Source: Anaeromyxobacter sp. | Lineage (GTDB): Bacteria; Myxococcota; Myxococcia; Myxococcales; Anaeromyxobacteraceae | Direction of reading: 5' to 3' | Assembly (NCBI GenBank): GCA_049840735.1 | Contig: JASGJN010000013.1 | Coordinates: 640,001 to 704,000 of the forward strand | DNA length: 64,000 nucleotides | In this document: positions 51,394-58,425 of the stretch, piece after piece | Numbering within the stretch: the stretch's first letter is position 1 | Layout of the letters: every line of letters starts with the position of its first letter | Made by a program: the position numbers and the translations under genes | The notes under the pieces: generated by a model | Seen by the model: only the letters and a program-made list of their open reading frames with translations | Told to the model about the DNA's origin: nothing | Database searches by the model: none

Positions 51394-53444
51394 CCGCGCC
51401 CCTTCACCGGGCGCTGTCACGCCTGCGCGGCACCGGCGACGCGCTCTTCGCGCTGGCGGTGGTGGGGGTGGTGCTGCTCCTGGTCACCCCGCTGCCGCCG
51501 GCGGCGCTGGACGCGCTGCTGGCGGTCAACCTGGCCCTGGCGACGGCCATCCTGGTGGTCACGCTGCTGGCGCGCGACGCGCTGGGGCTGGCCAGCTTCC
51601 CCTCGCTCCTGCTGCTCACCACGCTCTTCCGGCTGGCGCTCAACGTCTCCTCCACCCGGCTGGTGCTGGCCCACGGCCAGGCGGGCCGCGTCATCGAGGC
51701 CTTCGGGCGGGTGGTGGTGCAGGGCGACCACGTGGTGGGCGCGGTGGTCTACGCGGTCATCACGCTGGTGCAGCTGCTGGTGGTGGCGCGCGGCGCCGAG
51801 CGGGTGGCGGAGGTGGCCGCCCGGTTCACGCTGGACGCGCTGCCGGGGAAGCAGCTCTCCATCGACGCGGACCTGCGGGCCGGGGCCATCGACGCGGCCG
51901 AGGCCCGCCGCCGGCGGCGGGCGCTGGAGCGCGAGGGGCAGCTGCACGGCGCCATGGACGGCGCGCTCAAGTTCGTGAAGGGGGACGCCCTGGCAGGCGT
52001 GGCCATCGTCCTCGTCAACGTGGTGGGCGGGCTGGTGGCCGGGGCGGTGCGCGGGCTGCCCCTGGCCGAGGCGGCGCGCCGCTACACGCTGCTGGCCATC
52101 GGCGACGGGCTGGTCTCGCAGCTCCCGGCGCTGCTCATCTCGGTGGCGGCGGGCGTGGCGGTGACGCGGGTGGCGGGCGAGGAGGAGGGCGCGACCCTGG
52201 GGCGCGAGCTGGCCCGGCAGCTGGCCGCGGCCCCGGTCGCGCTGGCGGTGGTGGCCGGGCTCTTGGCGGCGCTGGCGCTGGCGCCGGGGCTGCCGGCCTT
52301 GCCCTTCCTGCTGCTGGCCGGCGCGCTCGGCGCCGCCGCGCACCGGCTGGCCCGGCGCGCGGGGGCGCCGGCGCGCGCCCGCGAGCTCCCGCCGGCCGCC
52401 GGGGCCGAGGAGCCGCTGGGCCCGCCCGCGCCGGTGGTGATCGCGCTCGCCCCCGACCTGCACGCCCGGGCCGCGGCCGGCCCGTTCACCACCGAGGGGC
52501 TGGCGGCGCTGCGGCGCGAGCTGTGGAGCGCGCTGGGGGTGCGGCTGCCGGCGGTGGCGGTGCGGGCGGTGGAGGCGCCGCCGGGCGCCTTCACGGTGCT
52601 GCTGGACGAGGTGCCGGCGGGTGGCGGCCAGGCGCCGGCCTCGGAGGTGGTGGTGCTGGCCCCGCCGGACGAGCTGGCCCTCCTCGCCATCCCGGCCGCG
52701 CCGGAGGCGGACCCGCTCTCCGGCCGCACCGTCTCGGTGGTCCCGGCCGGCGCGGCCGCGCGCGCCGCGGCGCTGGCGCCGGTGCGCGACCCGCTGGAGC
52801 GCGTGCTGGCCACCACCGCCGGCATCCTGCGCCGCCAGGCGCGCCACCTGGTGGGCGTCCAGGAGGTGCAGGCGCTGCTGGACGGGCTCGAGCCCGCCGC
52901 GCCGGCCCTGGTGCGCGAGATCTCCCGGCAGGTGCCGGCGCCGGTGCTGGCCGAGGTGCTCCGGCGTCTGCTGGAGGAGGGCGTCTCGATCCGCCCGCTG
53001 GCGCTGATCCTCGAGGCGGTGCTGGAGGCGGGGCCGGGCCGCGGTCCGGCCGCGCTGGCCGAGGCCTGCCGACGGGCGCTGCGGCGCCACCTGGCCCACG
53101 CGCACGCCTCCGGCGGCGTGCTCGCGGTGCTGCTGCTCGATCCGGCGGTGGAGCAGGAGCTGCGCGACGCGCTGGCGGGCGACCTCCTCGCGCTCGACCC
53201 GCGCGCGGCGGTCCGGATCCTCGACGCGCTGGCGGCCGAGCTATCGGCCGGCGGCGCACCGGCGGCGCTGCTCACCAGCCCCGACGTGCGGAGGCCGCTG
53301 CGCGGCCTGGTGGCGCCGCGCTTCCCGGCGCTGCCGGTGCTGGCCTACGACGAGCTGCCGCCCGAGCTGCCGGTCCGTCCACTGGGGCGGGTCGCGGCGA
53401 GCGGGCGGCTGGACGGCGCGGTGGAGGGAGGCTTGACGGTGTAG
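51390..53444 (+). CDS. sctV: T3SS major export apparatus protein SctV (FlhA/FHIPEP family)
   Basis: FPSLLLLTTLFRLALNVSSTRLVL, GAERVAEVAARFTLDALPGKQ, GAMDGALKFVKGD, IGDGLVSQLP, LLEEGVSIR. Confidence 0.95.
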   Translation: MTAPLHRALSRLRGTGDALFALAVVGVVLLLVTPLPPAALDALLAVNLALATAILVVTLLARDALGLASFPSLLLLTTLFRLALNVSSTRLVLAHGQAGRVIEAFGRVVVQGDHVVGAVVYAVITLVQLLVVARGAERVAEVAARFTLDALPGKQLSIDADLRAGAIDAAEARRRRRALEREGQLHGAMDGALKFVKGDALAGVAIVLVNVVGGLVAGAVRGLPLAEAARRYTLLAIGDGLVSQLPALLISVAAGVAVTRVAGEEEGATLGRELARQLAAAPVALAVVAGLLAALALAPGLPALPFLLLAGALGAAAHRLARRAGAPARARELPPAAGAEEPLGPPAPVVIALAPDLHARAAAGPFTTEGLAALRRELWSALGVRLPAVAVRAVEAPPGAFTVLLDEVPAGGGQAPASEVVVLAPPDELALLAIPAAPEADPLSGRTVSVVPAGAAARAAALAPVRDPLERVLATTAGILRRQARHLVGVQEVQALLDGLEPAAPALVREISRQVPAPVLAEVLRRLLEEGVSIRPLALILEAVLEAGPGRGPAALAEACRRALRRHLAHAHASGGVLAVLLLDPAVEQELRDALAGDLLALDPRAAVRILDALAAELSAGGAPAALLTSPDVRRPLRGLVAPRFPALPVLAYDELPPELPVRPLGRVAASGRLDGAVEGGLTV

Positions 53445-53489
53445 CCGCCCGGGACCTGTCGGAACCGAACGGTCGGCGTGAGGCCGTCC

Positions 53490-53534
53490 GCCCTGAGCGT
53501 AGCGAGCCCGCCCGGGCTCGCGGAGCCGAAGGGC
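53490..53534. repeat. REP-like nested hairpin between convergent genes
   Basis: GCCCTGAGCGTA-GCGAGCCCG-CC-CGGGCTCGC-GGAGCCGAAGGGC; 9-bp inner stem, outer GCCCT/AGGGC arms; single copy in the window. Confidence 0.45.
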
Positions 53535-53587
53535 AGGTGCAGTCTGGGCCGAGCGGAAAGCTCGAACGATTCCGGCAGCTCAGCGAC

Positions 53588-53968
53588 TCAGACGCCGGCG
53601 GCCACGGGCGGCGTGCCCTGGCCCTCGCCGTCGTCACCGTCGTCGGTGTCGTCGTGGTCGTCTGGATCGTTGTCCGGAGGCAGCGCGCCCTCGATCCGGT
53701 TCACGCGGTCGCGCAGCTCCTTGCCGGTCCGGAACAGGATGCCGCGCTTGGGCCGGACCGGGATGACCTCACCGGTCTTGGGATTGCGGCCCTGGTAGCC
53801 GTCGTAGTGCTTGACGTGGAACGCGCCAAGCCCGCGAATCTCGATGTTTTCTCCCTTGCACAGGGCGTCCTTCATCGAGTCGAAGATCGTCTCGATGGTG
53901 GCCTCGGCCTGCTTCTGGGTCACACCGCGCTTCACGACGAGGATGTTGATGAGATCCGACTTCAGCAT
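53588..53968 (-). CDS. Integration host factor / HU family protein (IHF-beta-like) with acidic tail
   Basis: MLKSDLI, IEIRGLGAF, GRNPKTGE, FRTGKELRDRVN. Confidence 0.9.
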   Translation of the reverse strand: MLKSDLINILVVKRGVTQKQAEATIETIFDSMKDALCKGENIEIRGLGAFHVKHYDGYQGRNPKTGEVIPVRPKRGILFRTGKELRDRVNRIEGALPPDNDPDDHDDTDDGDDGEGQGTPPVAAGV

Positions 53969-54106
53969 CGGCGCTCCAGATGTCGCAGGCAGGCCCGACC
54001 CCTGATCGGTGAGCCGCACGGATTGGGCAAGCCTAGCCCAAGCCTCTGAAATCAGCAAGGGTTCCACAGGTATGCGCACCGGGGTGGCGGGCGTCTGGAC
54101 CGGGAG

Positions 54107-55417
54107 TCAGGCTCCGGCCGCCTTCGACGGCGCCGGATTCCCCTCAGAAGCGGGGGAAATTGGCGCCACAGCCCGCTCAGGACTGTCCGGCAGCTCCCGG
54201 TCGATGAGCTCGCGGAAGGTCACCTCATCCAGCCGCTCGGCGGCCTGGTCGTCCACCTGCTTGAGGATCGAGGCCACCAGCACGTTCTCGTGCCCGGCGG
54301 GGGGCTCCTTGCCCAGCGCGGCCCGGCGGACGTCGAGGAGCGTGAGCTTCTCGAGCGGCCGCGCCGGCACCGCGCCGTTGTCGGCCAGCGACGCCACCAG
54401 CCCTGCGCCCCGCAGCCGCGAGAGCGCGTCGATCACCTCGTCGCCGTGCAGGCCGAGCTGGGTGGAGATCGCCAGCGCGTCGGGGGCGGGCTGCCCGGCG
54501 TCGAAGGCGCGGGCCACGGCCAGCAGCACGCGGTTGGCCAGCACCTCGCGCTCGAACTCCGACCGCTCCGCCGGCTTGCCGTTGATGACCACCGCCGCGT
54601 ACTGGATCACGTAGGCCAGCCGCGCGCCGAAGAGCACGATCGACCACGAGACGAACAGCCAGAGGATGAAGACCGGCACCGCCGCCACCGAGCCGTAGAC
54701 CGCGTTGTAGCGGATGGCCGTGCCGATGAGCAGCGCGTAGGCCCACTTGGCCGCCTCCCACACCACCGCGGCGGCGAAGCCGGCCGAGGCGGCGGGGCCG
54801 AGGCGGACCTTGGTGTTGGGGACGAGCAGGTACAGCGTGCCGAAGAAGAGCGTGGTGAGCAGGACCGCCGCGCCGTTGGCCAGCACCTTGAGGCCGGCGC
54901 TGGCCAGGTAGGCCTTGGCGGCGGCGCTGACCGAGACCGAGGCCGCCAGCAGGATGGGACCCAGCGTGAGCCCCACCCAGTAGAGCACCGCGGCCTGCCG
55001 CAGCGTGCGGCGCTTCCTGATGCCCCACACGTCGTTGATGGCCCCCTCGACGTGGCGGAAGAGCGAGACCGACGACCAGACCAGCAGCACCGCGCCGACC
55101 AGCCCGGCGCTGGTGGCCTGGGCGTTCTGGATGAACTTCTCCAGATAGGGCTGGATGGTGGCCTGGGCGCCGACGGCCAGGTTCTCGAACACGAAGTCGT
55201 GGACCCGGACGGCGATGCGGGCCATGCCGGTGAAGGCCTGGACCACCGAGAAGGCCACCACCAGCCCCGGCACCATGGCGAAGAGCGAGATGTAGGTGAG
55301 GGCCATGGCCCTCACCTGCACCGACTCGCCCTCGACCGCGCGCGCGGCAATCTCCAGCAGCCGCGCCCCGCGCGACACCCGCTGCAGCGAAGACCGGACC
55401 TGCGACTGCGTGGTCAT
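54107..55417 (-). CDS. YihY/BrkB-family membrane protein with C-terminal Rrf2-like winged helix
   Basis: RAMALTYISLFAMVP, EGAINDVW, LVPNTKV, YNAVYGSVAAVP..LFGA; ARPLEKLTLLDV. Confidence 0.9.
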   Translation of the reverse strand: MTTQSQVRSSLQRVSRGARLLEIAARAVEGESVQVRAMALTYISLFAMVPGLVVAFSVVQAFTGMARIAVRVHDFVFENLAVGAQATIQPYLEKFIQNAQATSAGLVGAVLLVWSSVSLFRHVEGAINDVWGIRKRRTLRQAAVLYWVGLTLGPILLAASVSVSAAAKAYLASAGLKVLANGAAVLLTTLFFGTLYLLVPNTKVRLGPAASAGFAAAVVWEAAKWAYALLIGTAIRYNAVYGSVAAVPVFILWLFVSWSIVLFGARLAYVIQYAAVVINGKPAERSEFEREVLANRVLLAVARAFDAGQPAPDALAISTQLGLHGDEVIDALSRLRGAGLVASLADNGAVPARPLEKLTLLDVRRAALGKEPPAGHENVLVASILKQVDDQAAERLDEVTFRELIDRELPDSPERAVAPISPASEGNPAPSKAAGA

Positions 55418-55479
55418 GGCCTGCCTCGCTCGCCTGTCCTGATCCGCCCGGAGGCCCGGGCGGATCCACGCCTCGCCGT

Positions 55480-58239
55480 TCAGCGCTTCTCCTCCACCGG
55501 GCCGGCGCTGGCCGGAGCCTCGGCCGCCGGCTGCTCGCCACGCCGCTCGTTCCGGTCGTTCCGGTCGCCGCGGTCGTTCCGGTCGCCGCGGTCGTTCCGG
55601 TCACCGCCGCGATCGCCGCGGTCGCTTCGCTCGCCGCGCTCGCCACCGCGCTCGCCACCGCGCTCGTTCCGCTCGCCGCCGCGGTCGCCGCGCTCACCGC
55701 CGCCGCGCTCACCGCCGCCGCGCTCACCGCCGCCGCGCTCACCGCCGCCGCGTTCACCGCCGCCGCGCTCGCCGCGATCGTTCCGGTCGCCGCGCCCGCC
55801 GCGATCGTTGCGGTTGCCGCGGTCGCGGTCGCGCCCGCCGCCGCGGTTCCGGTCGCGATCGCGATCCCGTCCGCCGCCGCCACCACCCTCGCGCCCACCA
55901 CCCTCGCGGCCGCCACCCTCGCGGCCTTCACGCCCGCCGCCCTCGCGCCCGCCGCCCTGGCCGCCGTTGGGCAGGTCGAGCCGCTCCTGGCGGCCGTAGA
56001 TGTCGAACTGCTCCTGGTGGTACCCGGACTGCACCTTCACCTGGATGGTCTTGTTGAACCGATCCATCAGGTAGCGCAGCTCCTCGCGCTCGGCGCCCTG
56101 GAGGATGCGCGCCACCTCGGGGTGGCAGTTCACCACCAGCACCGGCTCGTGGAAGTGCACCGCCTCGCGCCGGATCTCGCGGAAGACCTCGTAGGCGACG
56201 GTGATCTTCGACTTGATGTGCCCCTTGCCGTCGCAGTAGCCGCAGGGCTCGTTCATCACGCGCGTGACCGACTCGCGCACGCGCTTGCGCGTCATCTCCA
56301 CCAGGCCCAGCTCGGAGATCTTGAGGACGTTGGTCTTGGCCTTGTCCCGCCCCAGCGCGTCCTGCAAGGCCTTGAAGACCTTGTCGCGGTTCTGGGGTTT
56401 GTCCATGTCGATGAAGTCGATGATGATGATGCCGCCGATGTTGCGCAGCCGGAGCTGGTAGACGATCTCCTTGGCCGCCTCGACGTTGATCTTGGTGATC
56501 GTCTCCTCGAGGCTCTTCTTGCCGACGTAGCGGCCCGAGTTGACGTCGATGGCGGTGAGCGCCTCCGCCTGGTCGATGATGATGTAGCCGCCGGACTTGA
56601 GCCACACCTTGCGCTGCGAGGCGCGCTTGAGCTCCTGCTCGATGCCGTAGGCGTCGAGGATGGGCTCCTTCTCGGCGTAGCACTCGATCTGGCTCTCGAG
56701 GTGCGGCGCCTGCTCGCGCACGAAGCGCAGGATCCGCTCGTACTCGTCGCGGTCGTCGATGACCAGCTTGTGGACGTCGGCGGTGAAGAGGTCGCGGGTG
56801 GCGCGCAGGATCAGGTCGAGGTCGCCGTGCAGCAGCGCCGGCGCGGAGACCTTGTCCTTGGTCCGGATGATCTCGTTCCAGACCTGGATCAGGAAGCGGA
56901 TGTCGGCCTCGAGCTTGGAGGCCTCGACGCTCTCGGCCACGGTGCGGACGATGAAGCCGGTGCCCTCCGGGCGCATCCGGTCCACGATCTCGCGGAGCCG
57001 GCGACGCTCGCCGTCCTTCTCGATGCGGCGCGAGATGCCGATGTGATCGACGGTCGGCATGAAGACCATGTGCCGGCCGGGCAGGGAGATGTGGCTGGTG
57101 ATGCGGGCGCCCTTGGTGCCGATGGGATCCTTGGCGACCTGGACGATGACCTCCTGGCCCTCCTTGAGGAGGTCCTGGATGTTCTTGCCCTCCTTGCGCT
57201 TCTCGTCACGGTGGCCGTTCCGGCCGCCGTTGCGGTCGCGGTGGCCGTCGCGGCCGCCGTCGCGCCCCTTGCGATCGCCGCGCTCCTCGCGGCGGCGGTC
57301 ACCCCGCCCCTCGCGATCGCCGCGGGCCTCGCGGGCGGCGTCGCCACCCTTGGCCTGGATGCGGGCGCGCTCGGGCACGCCCTCGCCACCCTCGGCCACC
57401 GGCGCGGCCGCGGCGGAGCCGGTCTCGACCACCGGCGGAGCGGCCGGCGCGGCGACCTCGGCGACCTCGGCGACCTCGGCGACCTCGGCGACCTCGGCCG
57501 CCTCGGCGGGCGCGGGCGCGGCCGGCTCGTCGGCCAGCGGCGGCACCGGCAGGCCGGGGAGCGCCGGGACCGGCGCCATGGCCACGCCGCCCTGCGACAG
57601 CGAGATGGGCGAGAGCGGCAGCGGCGGCGGCTCGGCCAGCAGCGGCGCGTCCACCTCGGCCCCGGCCGCCTGGGCCTCCGCGGCGGCGCCGTCGGCGTCG
57701 GGCCCGGGCGCGGGCGCGTGGTCCAGCGGGACGTCCTCGAACGCGACCGGCGCGTCGGCCGGCCCCTCGCGCGGCACCGCCGCGGCGGGCTCGGACGGCG
57801 CCAGCGTCTCGGCGGTGTGGCCCGCCTCGGGCGAGGCCGCGGCCAGCTCGGCGTCCGCCGGGACCGCGGCGGCCACCGTCGCCGGCGCCTCGGCGGCCGC
57901 CTGCGCGCGCGCCTCGGCCTCCTCCGCCTCCTGCTCGGTCGGGACCTCGGGCACCTCGGCCCGGTGCTCGCCCTCGGTGAGCTCGAACTCCTCGGAGAAG
58001 TCCGGGTCGCCGTAGACGTCGCCGACGTACAGGAACGCGGCCTTCTCCAGGCCGATGTCCACGAACGCGGCCTGCATGCCGGGGAGCACCCGGACCACGC
58101 GGCCCTTGTAGATGTTGCCGACGATCCCCTTCTCGCGCTTCCGCTCGAGGTAGTACTCGTGGATCGTACCGCTCTCGACCAGCGCGACGCGCGTCTCCGC
58201 GCCAGCCGCGTTGATCACCAGGATGCTGTTGCCCGCCAT
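55480..58239 (-). CDS. Rne/Rng-family ribonuclease with large low-complexity insertion and Arg/Gly-rich tail
   Basis: GNIYKGRVVRVLPGMQAAFVDIG, VQVAKDPIGTKGAR, IDVNSG, LRNIGGIIIIDFIDM, EMTRKR, CGYCDGKG. Confidence 0.95.
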   Translation of the reverse strand: MAGNSILVINAAGAETRVALVESGTIHEYYLERKREKGIVGNIYKGRVVRVLPGMQAAFVDIGLEKAAFLYVGDVYGDPDFSEEFELTEGEHRAEVPEVPTEQEAEEAEARAQAAAEAPATVAAAVPADAELAAASPEAGHTAETLAPSEPAAAVPREGPADAPVAFEDVPLDHAPAPGPDADGAAAEAQAAGAEVDAPLLAEPPPLPLSPISLSQGGVAMAPVPALPGLPVPPLADEPAAPAPAEAAEVAEVAEVAEVAEVAAPAAPPVVETGSAAAAPVAEGGEGVPERARIQAKGGDAAREARGDREGRGDRRREERGDRKGRDGGRDGHRDRNGGRNGHRDEKRKEGKNIQDLLKEGQEVIVQVAKDPIGTKGARITSHISLPGRHMVFMPTVDHIGISRRIEKDGERRRLREIVDRMRPEGTGFIVRTVAESVEASKLEADIRFLIQVWNEIIRTKDKVSAPALLHGDLDLILRATRDLFTADVHKLVIDDRDEYERILRFVREQAPHLESQIECYAEKEPILDAYGIEQELKRASQRKVWLKSGGYIIIDQAEALTAIDVNSGRYVGKKSLEETITKINVEAAKEIVYQLRLRNIGGIIIIDFIDMDKPQNRDKVFKALQDALGRDKAKTNVLKISELGLVEMTRKRVRESVTRVMNEPCGYCDGKGHIKSKITVAYEVFREIRREAVHFHEPVLVVNCHPEVARILQGAEREELRYLMDRFNKTIQVKVQSGYHQEQFDIYGRQERLDLPNGGQGGGREGGGREGREGGGREGGGREGGGGGGRDRDRDRNRGGGRDRDRGNRNDRGGRGDRNDRGERGGGERGGGERGGGERGGGERGGGERGDRGGERNERGGERGGERGERSDRGDRGGDRNDRGDRNDRGDRNDRNERRGEQPAAEAPASAGPVEEKR
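55687..55770. repeat. 15-bp coding tandem repeat (GGGER units) in the ribonuclease tail
   Basis: GCCGCGCTCACCGCC about 5.5 copies, inside a larger degenerate RGDRND/RGGER array (about 55545-55960). Confidence 0.85.
57451..57495. repeat. 9-bp coding tandem repeat (EVA units) in the ribonuclease insertion
   Basis: GGCGACCTC x5 perfect. Confidence 0.9.
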
Positions 58240-58425
58240 GGTTTTCCTCCCTCACCCCGGCCTGGCACGGGGAGAGAGAGGCCCCATGAAGCGGGCCACG
58301 ATCGCAGCTCACCCGGTGGTGCCGGGCGTCGCGGATCGGCTGTCGAGCTCGCGCTCAAAGCTTCGTCTCTCCTCGCGCCGGGCGGCCGCGACGGAGCGCG
58401 GCAACGGCGGGGCGCGTGTGTGTCC

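Noticed and set aside
47337..53444. Flagellar export operon
   Set aside because: No rod, hook, flagellin or motor genes nearby, and the ring protein is a short lipoprotein of SctJ type rather than FliF. A phylogeny would be needed to exclude it fully.
53588..53968. IHF gene as a dedicated cofactor of the sigma54 T3SS promoters
   Set aside because: It lies with the convergent ligA-rne-yihY housekeeping run, and no AT-rich IHF site is evident between the palindromes and the promoters.
55545..55960. Repeat array considered as CRISPR
   Set aside because: Short in-frame coding repeats without unique spacers; no cas genes.
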